Source: Microcoleus sp. (GTDB lineage Bacteria > Cyanobacteriota > Cyanobacteriia > Cyanobacteriales > Microcoleaceae). From it: a DNA stretch of 64,000 nt. Below are positions 32,819 through 42,722 of this stretch, one piece after another. The stretch lies in contig CP181291.1 of the NCBI GenBank assembly GCA_052279835.1, forward strand, positions 2,784,001-2,848,000, read 5' to 3'. The position numbers were made by a program, and so were the translations under genes. The notes under the pieces are model-generated. The model was not told the origin of the DNA. It ran no database searches and saw only the letters and a program-made list of their open reading frames with translations. Position 1 is the first letter of the stretch. Each line of letters opens with the position of its first letter.

Positions 32819-34057
32819 ATGGGTGACATTCAAGCTACGTTTACAGCGACAGACCGTGCTTTTCATGTTGAAGGGTACGAAAAAATTGATTTCAGCTTAC
32901 TCTATGTAGATGGCGCTTTCAAACTTGAAAATCCAGAAATTGCCGATAGCTATCGCCCCTTTGGTCGCTGTTTAATGGTTGTAGACCAGACAGTCTATGG
33001 TTTGTACGGCAAGCAAATGCACGCTTATTTCCAGTATCACGAGATAGATTTAACCGTCTTTCCAGTGAGTATCAAGGAACCAGATAAAACCTTAACCACC
33101 TTTGAAAGCATCATAGATGCCTTCGTTGATTTCGGACTCGTGCGGAAAGAACCTGTGTTAGTGGTTGGTGGTGGATTGACGACAGACGTAACTGGTTTTG
33201 CGTGTTCCTCCTATCGCCGTCGGACTAACTACATTCGCGTACCGACAACCTTAATTGGGCTGATTGATGCCAGTGTGGCGATCAAGGTAGCCGTGAACCA
33301 TGGTAAACTGAAAAACCGCCTTGGTGCTTACCACGCTTCGCAGAAAGTAATTTTAGATTTCTCGTTCCTAAAAACTTTGCCGATCGACCAAATACGCAAC
33401 GGCATGGCAGAGTTAATTAAGATCGCTGTAGTAGGTAACACAGAAATCTTCGAGTTATTGGAAAACTACGGCGAAGCATTGCTGCACAGCCATTTTGGTT
33501 ATTTAGATGGCACATCTGAACTGCGCCAAGTGGCACATCGCTTAACGTATAATGCGATTCAGTCGATGCTGGCCTTAGAAGTACCAAACCTGCACGAGCT
33601 AGATTTAGATCGAGTGATTGCTTATGGTCACACCTGGAGTCCGACGCTGGAACTAACACCGGAAATCCCGATGTTCCACGGCCATAGTGTCGCTATCGAT
33701 ATGGCTTTTTCGGCGACGATTGCCGGCCAGCGGGGCTACATTTCGATCGAAGAGCGCGATCGCATCCTAGGATTAATGAGTCGGCTGGGACTAGCAATTG
33801 ATAGCCCCTATCTCACCTCAGAATTGCTCTGGAAAGCCACAACATCCATCGCCCGTACCCGCGATGGCCTTCAACGTGCGGCGGCACCCAAGCCCATTGG
33901 TGAATGCTTTTTCATGAACGACTTGACTCGGACTGAGTTGGATCAAGCCCTAGCAGTGCATCGAGAAATCTGTCAGGGATACCCGCGCAATGGTGATGGC
34001 GAGGATATGTATGTAGTATTGGACAAAGTTGCAACTCGTTCCAAAGCCGGGGTATAA
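32819..34057 (+). CDS. mysA: Sedoheptulose-7-phosphate cyclase (demethyl-4-deoxygadusol synthase)
   Basis: [10 protein letters not shown]-terminus, [27 protein letters not shown] and YGHTWSP; first gene of the MAA cluster. Confidence 0.93.
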   Translation: MGDIQATFTATDRAFHVEGYEKIDFSLLYVDGAFKLENPEIADSYRPFGRCLMVVDQTVYGLYGKQMHAYFQYHEIDLTVFPVSIKEPDKTLTTFESIIDAFVDFGLVRKEPVLVVGGGLTTDVTGFACSSYRRRTNYIRVPTTLIGLIDASVAIKVAVNHGKLKNRLGAYHASQKVILDFSFLKTLPIDQIRNGMAELIKIAVVGNTEIFELLENYGEALLHSHFGYLDGTSELRQVAHRLTYNAIQSMLALEVPNLHELDLDRVIAYGHTWSPTLELTPEIPMFHGHSVAIDMAFSATIAGQRGYISIEERDRILGLMSRLGLAIDSPYLTSELLWKATTSIARTRDGLQRAAAPKPIGECFFMNDLTRTELDQALAVHREICQGYPRNGDGEDMYVVLDKVATRSKAGV

Positions 34058-34059
34058 AG

Positions 34060-34866
34060 ATGAGACCTGTTACCCCTGTCGGGATTTTAGCGGCTAAACT
34101 CGAAAGTCTGGTCGAGGAAGCAAAAAAAATCAATAATCTCGATCGAGCTTTCAAGGCAGAATTAAAACAAGCCTACGAATTAGCAAATGGTCTCGATCCC
34201 TACCTGAACCTTTGCACCACCCCGGAATCTCCAGCCTTAGCCACCTTAGTAAAGCGCACCCAATCAGAAGATTGGAGTCAGCGATTCTCTGACGGCGAGA
34301 CAGTGCGGCATTTGGAACAGGAAATGCTATCGGGCCATGTCGAAGGCCAAATGCTGAAATTTCTGGTCCATCTCACCAAAGCACAGCGCGTGCTCGAAAT
34401 CGGGATGTTCACTGGCTACTCAGCACTAGCGATGGCCGAAGCCCTTCCTGTTGATGGAGAAGTGGTAGCCTGCGAAGTAGATGCTTATGTAGCTGAATTT
34501 GCCCAAAAGTGTTTCAAGGAATCGAAGGTTGGCCACAAAATCTCAGTGAAGGTGGCACCAGCCCTAGAAACCATGAAACAACTGGCTGCTGCTGGAGAAG
34601 TGTTCGATTTGGTGTTTATCGATGCTGATAAAGCTGGATACATAGATTATCTCGATTTACTACTCACCACTGGGCTGTTGGCTCCCAATGGCTTGATTTG
34701 TGCCGATAATACTCTGATGCAGGGACAGCCCTATTTGTCATCGGGTACTGCTACTGCTAACGGAATTGCGATCGGCAAATTCAACCAAGCTGTAGTTGAC
34801 GATCCGCGCGTAGAGCAGGTGTTAGTGCCGCTCAGAGATGGGATTACCTTGATTCGGCGCGTTTAG
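34060..34866 (+). CDS. mysB: SAM-dependent O-methyltransferase of MAA synthesis
   Basis: RPVTPVGIL, EMLSGHVEGQ, LEIGMFTGYS and FIDADK. Confidence 0.93.
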   Translation: MRPVTPVGILAAKLESLVEEAKKINNLDRAFKAELKQAYELANGLDPYLNLCTTPESPALATLVKRTQSEDWSQRFSDGETVRHLEQEMLSGHVEGQMLKFLVHLTKAQRVLEIGMFTGYSALAMAEALPVDGEVVACEVDAYVAEFAQKCFKESKVGHKISVKVAPALETMKQLAAAGEVFDLVFIDADKAGYIDYLDLLLTTGLLAPNGLICADNTLMQGQPYLSSGTATANGIAIGKFNQAVVDDPRVEQVLVPLRDGITLIRRV

Positions 34867-34877
34867 CAATGTTAATG

Positions 34878-35022
34878 AGGAGACGGCAATGCCTATAGGC
34901 ATCAACTTAAGGTATAACCAATAGTCCGGCAGGGGTTGAAACCCCTGTCGGACTCGTAGGATGACTGACAGACTTGGTGCGCGGACAGCTTAAGTTGACA
35001 CCTATTAACACTGCCGTGTCCT
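34878..35022. mobile_element. Nested palindromic MITE-like element (short copy)
   Basis: Outer AGGAGACGGCAATG...CACTGCCGTGTCCT, inner GGCATCAACTTAAG...CTTAAGTTGACACC. Homologous to 37542-37860. Confidence 0.65.
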
Positions 35023-35101
35023 GATTTTCAGTAATATTAATTCCGATGCCAACGAATTTAATATTAATTAAGAATTTTTACGGTCAAACCAGAAAAATAT
35101 T

Positions 35102-36493
35102 ATGAAAACAATTTCAGTTGCAACGATGCCATCTGAACAGGAAACAAATGCGGAAAATCGGAGCTTCCAAACAGCACTTAAAACCCTAGCAACTCTGACT
35201 TTGTTGCTATTAGTAATGCCCCTGAATCTCGCTTTGACAATCTTCGCCTTGCTCAGAGCCATCATCATCAAACCGTTCCAGTCTCCACCGACTACAGCCA
35301 ATCCCCAAACGATTTTGATCAGTGGGGGCAAGATGACTAAGGCATTACAGCTAGCGCGATCGTTCCACAAAGCCGGTCATCGCGTAATTTTGATTGAAAC
35401 CGAGAAATACTGGCTGAGTGGTCATCGTTACTCTTGGGCGATCGATCGCTTTTACACAGTACCCAATCCCCAAACAGAAGAATACTCCCAAGCACTGTTA
35501 AAAATTGTCCAAAAAGAGGGAGTTAATGTTTATGTTCCCGTGTGTAGTCCCGTCGCCAGTTACTACGATGCCGAAGTCCAAAGCGTACTTTCTCCCCACT
35601 GTACGGTAATGCACGTCGATGTGGAAACCCTGCAAAGATTAGATGATAAGTATACATTTGCCACCGCTGCGGAAGCCTTGGGGCTGCGAGTCCCGAAGTC
35701 CTATCGCATTACCAATCCCCAGCAAGTAATTGATTTTGATTTTAGTCATGCACAGCGCCCGTACATTATCAAAAGTATTCCCTACGATTCTATCCGCAGA
35801 TTAAATTTAACTAAATTACCCTGCAAAACCCCATCAGAGACTGCCGCTTTTGTCAACTCTTTACCAATTTCTGAGAGTAAACCTTGGATAATGCAAGAAT
35901 ATATTCCGGGACAAGAGTTCTGCACTCACAGTACAATCCGTGATGGTCATGTTCAGTTGCACTGTTGCTGTGAATCATCGGCATTTCAGGTAAACTACGA
36001 AAATGTCGATCGCCCGGATATCGAAAATTGGATTCGTCAGTTCGCCAAAAGTCTCAATTTGACTGGACAAGTTTCCTTTGATTTCATTCAGGCGGCGGAT
36101 GATGGAGAGATTTATGCGATCGAATGTAATCCCCGCACCCATTCAGCCATCACCATGTTTTACAACCATCCCGATGTCGCTAAGGCTTATTTAGAACACG
36201 ATGCTCTACCTGAGACTGTGCAGCCCTTGGCATCTAGCCGCCCGACTTACTGGATTTATCATGAAATTTGGCGCTTGGTGACTCATTTGTCGTCGCCAAA
36301 GCTAGTTTCTGAGCGGTTACAAATTATCGCCCAAGGTAAAGATGCCATTTTCGATTGGAACGATCCATTACCATTTTTGATGGTGCATCATTGGCAAATT
36401 CCACTGTTGTTATGGGGAAATTTGCAGAAGCCGAAAGAGTGGATTCGGATTGATTTTAATATTGGTAAACTTGTGGAAATCGGGGGAGATTGA
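35102..36493 (+). CDS. mysC: ATP-grasp ligase (mycosporine-glycine synthase)
   Basis: ISGGKMTKALQLAR, KSIPYDS, IECNPRTHSA and IDFNIGKLVEIGGD. Confidence 0.93.
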   Translation: MKTISVATMPSEQETNAENRSFQTALKTLATLTLLLLVMPLNLALTIFALLRAIIIKPFQSPPTTANPQTILISGGKMTKALQLARSFHKAGHRVILIETEKYWLSGHRYSWAIDRFYTVPNPQTEEYSQALLKIVQKEGVNVYVPVCSPVASYYDAEVQSVLSPHCTVMHVDVETLQRLDDKYTFATAAEALGLRVPKSYRITNPQQVIDFDFSHAQRPYIIKSIPYDSIRRLNLTKLPCKTPSETAAFVNSLPISESKPWIMQEYIPGQEFCTHSTIRDGHVQLHCCCESSAFQVNYENVDRPDIENWIRQFAKSLNLTGQVSFDFIQAADDGEIYAIECNPRTHSAITMFYNHPDVAKAYLEHDALPETVQPLASSRPTYWIYHEIWRLVTHLSSPKLVSERLQIIAQGKDAIFDWNDPLPFLMVHHWQIPLLLWGNLQKPKEWIRIDFNIGKLVEIGGD

Positions 36494-36497
36494 GTAG

Positions 36498-37535
36498 ATG
36501 TCAGTATTACGGGTTTTGCATTTAGTTGGCTCGGCCGTCAGTGATTTTTACTGTAATTTGTCGCGGCTTTACGCCCAAGATTGTTTGGAGAATACGGCTA
36601 ATTCAGCACTGTATGAATTTCATATTGCCTATGTTTCTCCCGATCGCACTTGGCGTTTTCCGACATCTCTCGATAAAAGTGCGATCGCGGCGGCGAATCC
36701 CATGTCTTTAGCGGGGGCTGTGCAGGTGCTGAGTGACCTTAAAATTGATGTCATGGTCCCCCAGATGTTTTGCATCCCAGGCATGACTCAATACCGCAGT
36801 TTGTTCGATTTGCTGCATATTCCTTATGTGGGTAATCCCGCAGAGTTGATGGCGCTGGTGGCTGACAAAGCGAGGACGAAGGCGGTGGTAGCAGCGGCTG
36901 GGGTGAGTGTACCGTTGGGAGAAGTTGTCCGTAGGGGCGATCGAACTTCGATCGATTTCCCAGCCGTACTTAAGCCAGTGAATAGTGATAATTCCATTGG
37001 AGTGGCTTTCGTGAAAAATGCTGCTGACTATGATGCAGCTTTGCAGACAGCATTAACTCATTCAGATGAAGTGCTAGTAGAAAAATTCATTGAATTGGGT
37101 AGAGAAGTTCGGTGTGGAATTATCGTCAAAGCAGGCGAGTTAGTCTGTTTGCCACTGGAAGAGTATGCTCTAGATCCTGATACGAAGCCGATTAGGAGTT
37201 ATGCTGATAAGCTCAAACAAAATGATGATGGCAACTTGAGCTTGACCTCTAAGGATAGTACCAAATCGTGGATAGTTGACACCAGCGATCCAGTCACGGA
37301 AAGGGTTCATGCTATGGCCATAAAATGCCACATCGCTTTGGATTGTCGCGATTATAGTCTATTTGATTTTCGCATCGATCCGCAGGGACAACCTTGGTTC
37401 TTGGAAGCGGGGCTATACTGTTCTTTTGCTCAGAAAAGTGTGCTTTCTACTATGGCCAAAGCATCAGGAACTTCTCTGGATACTTTTTTTGAAAGTATGT
37501 TGCAAAACGCCTTATGTGAAATCCCAAATAACTAA
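36498..37535 (+). CDS. mysD: D-Ala-D-Ala-ligase-like mycosporine-glycine:amino acid ligase
   Basis: LHLVGSA, PQMFCIPGMT, LGREVRCG, SLFDFRIDP and FLEAGLYCSF; follows mysC. Confidence 0.9.
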   Translation: MSVLRVLHLVGSAVSDFYCNLSRLYAQDCLENTANSALYEFHIAYVSPDRTWRFPTSLDKSAIAAANPMSLAGAVQVLSDLKIDVMVPQMFCIPGMTQYRSLFDLLHIPYVGNPAELMALVADKARTKAVVAAAGVSVPLGEVVRRGDRTSIDFPAVLKPVNSDNSIGVAFVKNAADYDAALQTALTHSDEVLVEKFIELGREVRCGIIVKAGELVCLPLEEYALDPDTKPIRSYADKLKQNDDGNLSLTSKDSTKSWIVDTSDPVTERVHAMAIKCHIALDCRDYSLFDFRIDPQGQPWFLEAGLYCSFAQKSVLSTMAKASGTSLDTFFESMLQNALCEIPNN

Positions 37536-37541
37536 GAAATT

Positions 37542-37860
37542 AGGACACGGCAGTGCCCATTGGTGTCAAGTTAAGCCTGAAAGCCCGCCAAGTCCGTTAG
37601 TCATCCCACAAGTCCGCCAGGGGTTAAAACCCCTGTCTAATAGCTAAAGTCGGTTGAAACCGACGGTCGATTTGCCCCAAACCAATACACATCAACTAAC
37701 TCTTCAGTCCTCTCAAAGAGAACTGAAGAACTCATTAGTCCTCTTTGAGAGGACTTTTGCTATTAGACAGGGAATTGATTCCCTGTCGGACTCGCCTGCC
37801 CACTAACGGATTTGGCGGGCCCAGAGCTTAAATTGACACCTATGGACACTGCCGTGTCCT
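37542..37860. mobile_element. Nested palindromic MITE-like element (long copy)
   Basis: AGGACACGGCAGTG.../...CACTGCCGTGTCCT enclosing GGTGTCAAGTTAAGC...GCTTAAATTGACACC and several internal hairpins. Confidence 0.7.
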
Positions 37861-37943
37861 CTGTATCATTTTAAAATAGGAACAGGACTTGTGCCATCTT
37901 TGAGCTTTCCGCATACTAATCACCAGACACAGGAAACCGCAAT

Positions 37944-38567
37944 ATGATCCAAACCATATCCAAAACAATCACGTTTGATGAGTTCGTTGCTTGGTATCCA
38001 GAGAACTCTGTCCATAAGTACGAATTACACAATGGAGTAATTGTTGAAATGCCTTTAGGAACCGGCCGCCATTCCCGCGTTATAGGTTTAACCAGGGACG
38101 AAATCAGCGCAGAAATCAGGCGACTGAAATTGCCTTGCTTTATCCCCGGCCACTGCCTACTCAAACCCGTCCGCAACGAGGCGGGCTACCTGCCAGACGC
38201 AGTTGTCCTGGATGAAGCAGCTCTCGCAAAAGAACCGCGCTGGGATAGGGAAACCATCATCGCGATGGGGTCTTCGGTGCGAATGGCTGTAGAGGTCGTC
38301 AGCACGAACTGGCGGGACGATTACCATCTCAAATTCGCTGACTACGAAGAAATGGGCATCCCCGAATACTGGATTGTGGACTACCTCGGTTTGGGCGGCC
38401 GCAAGTTCATCGGTACTCCCAAACAACCCACACTATCGGTTTGCCAGTTGGTTGACGGTGAGTATCAGGTAAAACAGTTTAAGGGCGATGACATAGTTGA
38501 GTCGCTGGCTTTTCCAGAATTGAAATTAACGGCAGAAAAGATTTTTCTTGCTGGCTTGCCAAACTAG
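37944..38567 (+). CDS. Uma2 family endonuclease
   Basis: YELHNGVIVEM, AVEVVSTNWRDDY and GIPEYWIVDY. Confidence 0.88.
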   Translation: MIQTISKTITFDEFVAWYPENSVHKYELHNGVIVEMPLGTGRHSRVIGLTRDEISAEIRRLKLPCFIPGHCLLKPVRNEAGYLPDAVVLDEAALAKEPRWDRETIIAMGSSVRMAVEVVSTNWRDDYHLKFADYEEMGIPEYWIVDYLGLGGRKFIGTPKQPTLSVCQLVDGEYQVKQFKGDDIVESLAFPELKLTAEKIFLAGLPN

Positions 38568-38685
38568 CGAGTACAAATTATGCAAAGGGCGATCGAGGAT
38601 TGGATGATATTACGATGGGTTGGCTACTATTTCATCAACTAAAAAAACTTAAATTTGACAGCAATAAACCAAAAAGCCTTTATTT

Positions 38686-38736
38686 CTTAGTCCGCGGAGG
38701 CGGACTTTGTTTGTATAGTAGCGGTTTCAACCGCCG
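38686..38736. repeat. REP-like dispersed repeat AGTCCGCGGAGGCGGACTTTGTTTGT...GCGGTTTCAACCGCCG
   Basis: Copies also at ~47160-47210, 54340-54390 and 54425-54475. Confidence 0.7.
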
Positions 38737-38933
38737 AATCATCTACGCACGGGTGGTCAGAAACCGAGTTTTTTCGCGGTTGTGCGATCGTAACCAAGTA
38801 TTCTCCCAAAAACCCGGTTTCTCTGGTTTTGATGCGTAATTCCCCGATCGCATCCAACGACACATTGCAACTTATCAAATAGTGTGATACCATAAAACGT
38901 TCTCAAAAATAGCGCAACAGCAAATATTACTGC

Positions 38934-40250
38934 ATGGCAACGAAGCCAACGATCGCATTTACTCACCTCGGTTGCGAAAAAAATCGCATTGATACCGAAC
39001 ACATGATTGGCTTGCTGGCTCAAGCAGGCTATCAAGTCGATTCTAATGAAGAATTAGCGGATTACGTCGTCGTCAATACTTGCAGTTTTATCCAAGCTGC
39101 GCGAGAAGAATCAGTCCGCACTCTGGTAGAATTAGCCGAAGCTAAGAAAAAAGTAGTCATCACCGGCTGCATGGCACAGCATTTTCAACAGGAATTGCTA
39201 GATGAATTGCCCGAAGCAGTGGCAATTGTCGGCACTGGCGACTATCATCAAATAGTCGATGTAATGCAACAGGTGGAAAAAGGCGATCGAGTTTCCCTCG
39301 TCTCTACTGAACCAACTTACATCGCTGATGAAACCACTCCTCGCTACCGCACGACATCGGAGGGTGTCGCCTATCTGCGAATAGCCGAAGGCTGCGACTA
39401 TCGCTGTGCTTTTTGCATCATCCCCCACTTGCGCGGAAATCAGCGATCGCGGACGATCGAATCTATTGTCGCCGAAGCTAAGCAATTAGCCTCCGAAGGG
39501 GTAAAGGAAATTATCCTAATTTCTCAAATTACCACCAACTACGGCAAAGATATTTATGGGGAACCCAAACTAGCCGAACTGCTTCGGGCTTTGGGTAAAG
39601 TAGATGTACCTTGGATTCGGATGCACTACGCCTATCCTACAGGTCTGACTCCGCAAGTTGTCGAGGCAATGCGAGAAACGCCAAACGTTCTGCCATACTT
39701 GGATTTACCTCTGCAACATTCCCATCCCGAAATTCTGCGGGCGATGAATCGGCCTTTTCAAGCTGGGATTAATGATGCTATAGTCGATCGGCTGAAAGCA
39801 TCAATTCCCGGTGCGGTAATGCGGACAACTTTTATTGTCGGCTTCCCCGGCGAAACAGACGAACACGCAGCACACTTGCTGGAATTTGTCAAGCGCCACG
39901 AATTCGATCACGTCGGAGTTTTCGTATTCTCCCCAGAAGAAGGAACGCCAGCCTACAGTTTGCCTCAGCAATTACCAGCAGAAATAATGGAAATGCGGCG
40001 AAATTCGGTAATGGCGGCACAACAACCTATATCATTGAAAAAGAATCAAGCATCTGTCGGTCAGGTAGTTGATGTCCTGATAGAACAAGAACAACCAGAG
40101 ACAGGTGAGTTGATTGGTAGATCCGCCCGGTTCTCCCCCGAAGTAGACGGACTCGTCTATGTGACAGGAGAAGCGCGGCTCGGTTCAATGGTATCCGTGA
40201 AAATTACTGGTGCAGACGTCTACGACCTTTACGGTCAAGTCAGTAGTTAG
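38934..40250 (+). CDS. rimO: Ribosomal protein S12 methylthiotransferase RimO
   Basis: [15 protein letters not shown], radical-SAM motif CDYRCAFC and a C-terminal TRAM domain. Confidence 0.96.
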   Translation: MATKPTIAFTHLGCEKNRIDTEHMIGLLAQAGYQVDSNEELADYVVVNTCSFIQAAREESVRTLVELAEAKKKVVITGCMAQHFQQELLDELPEAVAIVGTGDYHQIVDVMQQVEKGDRVSLVSTEPTYIADETTPRYRTTSEGVAYLRIAEGCDYRCAFCIIPHLRGNQRSRTIESIVAEAKQLASEGVKEIILISQITTNYGKDIYGEPKLAELLRALGKVDVPWIRMHYAYPTGLTPQVVEAMRETPNVLPYLDLPLQHSHPEILRAMNRPFQAGINDAIVDRLKASIPGAVMRTTFIVGFPGETDEHAAHLLEFVKRHEFDHVGVFVFSPEEGTPAYSLPQQLPAEIMEMRRNSVMAAQQPISLKKNQASVGQVVDVLIEQEQPETGELIGRSARFSPEVDGLVYVTGEARLGSMVSVKITGADVYDLYGQVSS

Positions 40251-40312
40251 TCTCTACAGAACAATCAGAAAGTTTTAACAAATTTAATGTTTTGTTTCTG
40301 AATGTAAAGAGC

Positions 40313-40318
40313 TATAAT
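40313..40318 (+). promoter_or_regulatory. Perfect -10 box (TATAAT) ahead of the long crhR leader
   Basis: TATAAT at the end of an AT-rich stretch, immediately before the structured region starts. No canonical -35 seen. Confidence 0.5.
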
Positions 40319-40324
40319 GTAGTA

Positions 40325-40837
40325 ACAAGCCAGACATAAGCGGGATGATCCTAGATTGCTTCGCCGTCGGTCCCACACCACAACGGTATGCCGAAGAAGT
40401 GTAGAGCTGATAGGCGGTGACGGTCGCTACATCCCTTACTTAATCCCGTAGACGAAAGATTGCGGGATAGCGCCTGAACCAATAAACGTGGTTACTACTA
40501 TTTAGTGAAGTGGGGCTAGTCATAATCCTCACTATAAAAAGCCCAAGAGGGAAAACTGGCGAGTACCTCAAAGGAAGTTCAATACGCTTTTCAAGGCTGT
40601 TGAAAGCTTACAACATACCGCTGGCGGTTTGTGTAGGTCATGTCACAAAATCAAAGACGGCTGTCGAATTGGTAAATTAGTCACCATCGACGGAGCTGCC
40701 CTATACTCGATTGCTATTTAAAAAGGTGCGCGCAGGCGCAGCACCATACAGAACTCTTATGAGTTCCTGCCCTAGAGCAGAAATCCGCATCCGAGTTGGG
40801 CGACTTAGAAGGCTAAGACTCGTTATTAGGAGCATTA
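40325..40837 (+). ncRNA. Candidate ~510-nt highly structured leader or ncRNA upstream of crhR
   Basis: More than 10 stems found by eye, e.g. GGGATG/CATCCC, ATCCCGTA/TGCGGGAT, CTGTCGA/TCGACGG, GAACTC-TTAT-GAGTTC and CTTAG-AAGG-CTAAG. No credible ORF and none of the window's repeat families. Confidence 0.55.
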
Positions 40838-42322
40838 ATGAATTTATTGTTTGAAGGCTTGGGTCTTTCGGAAGAACTCGTTCTCCATCTGGAAACACTA
40901 GGCTTTACAGAACCTACTCCCATCCAAGTACAAGCAATTCCGCACTTGCTAGCAGGTCGCGACGTTGTGGGTCAAGCCCAAACTGGAACGGGCAAAACGG
41001 CAGCATTCTCGTTGCCCATCTTGGAGCGGATTGATTTAGATGTAACTGCGGTGCAAGCACTGGTGCTGACACCAACTCGCGAATTGGCGATGCAAGTAAC
41101 TGAAGCCATCCGCGATTTGAGCGGTATTAGTAGTGATGGCCCGGTGAAAGTAGGTCGCTCTCTACAAGTTTTGACGGTGTACGGTGGTCAGTCGATCGAT
41201 CGCCAAATGCAGCGCTTGAAGCGTGGCGTTCACGTTGTGGTCGGTACACCCGGACGTATCTTGGATATGTTGAGCCGGGGAAGCCTGAAACTCGACAGAG
41301 TGAAATGGTTGGTTTTGGATGAAGCTGACGAAATGCTGAGCATGGGCTTTATTCAAGATGTGGAAAAAATCTTGGATGCAGCACCAAAAGAACGTCAAAC
41401 GGCATTTTTCTCGGCGACAATGGAACCTTCCATTCGCAAATTGGTGGCACGCCATTTGTGCAATCCAGTTAACGTCACCGTAGAACAACCAAAAGCAACG
41501 CCGAAGCGCATTGGTCAAGGCGTCTACATGATTCCCCGCGGCTGGTCGAAGGCAAGAGCTTTGCAGCCTATTCTAGAAATGGAAGACCCGGAATCGGCGC
41601 TGATTTTTGTGCGGACTCGGCAGTCGGCGGCGGAACTCACCAGCCAACTGCAAGCAGCAGGCCACAGCGTTGATGAATATCACGGTAATTTGAACCAAGC
41701 ACAGCGGGAACGTTTGCTGTCGCGGTTCCGCCAATGTCAGGTGCGCTGGGTAGTGGCGACTGATATTGCAGCCCGCGGTTTGGATGTGGATCACTTGACT
41801 CACGTAATTAACTACGATTTACCCGACAGCGTGGAAAGCTACGTTCACCGGATCGGCCGCACGGGCCGGGCGGGTCGGGAAGGAACCGCAATTACGCTGA
41901 TCCAACCAGTAGACCGTCGGAAACTGCGCTTGATCGAACGTCACGTTCGCCAAAATTTGACGGTGCGAAATATTCCGACGCGGGCGCAAATAGAAGCGCG
42001 GCAGTTGGAAAAGATGCAGTCTAAGGTTCGCGAAGCCTTGGCTGGGGAACGGATGGCATCTTTCTTGCCTCTGGTGTCTCAGTTGTCTGAGGAGTATGAC
42101 TCCCACGCGATCGCCGCTGCTGCTTTGCAAATGGCTTTCGATCAAAGCCGTCCAGCTTGGATGGGTGCGGATTACGCTCAACAAGAAGATCCCCCGATCG
42201 CCGAAAATGGTGTGAAGCCGATCTTGATCAAGAAGCGGCCTAAGAATGGTACGGGACCAAGTAACACTCCGTCACCGAGCCTTTCAGGAGCGTCAGGTTC
42301 TCCGGTTCCACAAAACTACTAA
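40838..42322 (+). CDS. crhR: DEAD-box RNA helicase, CrhR type
   Basis: AQTGTGKT, PTRELA, TPGR, DEAD, SAT and HRIGRTGRAG; the rimO-crhR synteny is known in cyanobacteria. Confidence 0.9.
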   Translation: MNLLFEGLGLSEELVLHLETLGFTEPTPIQVQAIPHLLAGRDVVGQAQTGTGKTAAFSLPILERIDLDVTAVQALVLTPTRELAMQVTEAIRDLSGISSDGPVKVGRSLQVLTVYGGQSIDRQMQRLKRGVHVVVGTPGRILDMLSRGSLKLDRVKWLVLDEADEMLSMGFIQDVEKILDAAPKERQTAFFSATMEPSIRKLVARHLCNPVNVTVEQPKATPKRIGQGVYMIPRGWSKARALQPILEMEDPESALIFVRTRQSAAELTSQLQAAGHSVDEYHGNLNQAQRERLLSRFRQCQVRWVVATDIAARGLDVDHLTHVINYDLPDSVESYVHRIGRTGRAGREGTAITLIQPVDRRKLRLIERHVRQNLTVRNIPTRAQIEARQLEKMQSKVREALAGERMASFLPLVSQLSEEYDSHAIAAAALQMAFDQSRPAWMGADYAQQEDPPIAENGVKPILIKKRPKNGTGPSNTPSPSLSGASGSPVPQNY

Positions 42323-42420
42323 TTTGTAGGTAATTTGTAGGGTGCGCTGCGCGCGCCTTACTTTAAATTTTGGTAGAGATGCGATCGTCGATCGCATCTC
42401 TACTTTGTTTCAAGGGTGTG

Positions 42421-42527
42421 ATATCGTTTCAGGTTGTATCGGAATGATTTAACCGCGAAGGCGCTCATGACGCGAAGGAAGAGAAGACAGAGATTAATAC
42501 AGGACGATGAAGAGAGGATTTGAGATG
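42421..42527. repeat. Dispersed repeat ATATCGTTTC.GG.TG.ATCGGAATGATTTAACC...GGATTTGA.AT
   Basis: Second copy at ~63192-63294. Confidence 0.6.
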
Positions 42528-42534
42528 AGACTCT

Positions 42535-42720
42535 ATGGGAAAGAAAAACCATAAAAAAGCTATTCGTTCGCTGAACAAGCGAATTACTGAACATCAAGAA
42601 AAGATTAGACTGGAATATGAGAAGGATTTTCCCGATCAAGGCTTAATCAGGCATTGGGACAGCGAAATTCTGGCTTTTGAGAAAGGAATTCAGCAAGCTT
42701 TAAAACGACTAGGTAAGTAA
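42535..42720 (+). CDS. Small basic hypothetical protein (61 aa)
   Basis: Clean ATG ORF, Lys/Arg-rich, 2 nt upstream of the next gene. Confidence 0.7.
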   Translation: MGKKNHKKAIRSLNKRITEHQEKIRLEYEKDFPDQGLIRHWDSEILAFEKGIQQALKRLGK

Positions 42721-42722
42721 AG

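Noticed and set aside
40325..40837. Group I/II intron, RNase P RNA or tmRNA
   Set aside because: I saw no group II domain V, no GAGGAAAGTCC RNase P motif and no tmRNA termini. A formal Rfam scan is still needed.
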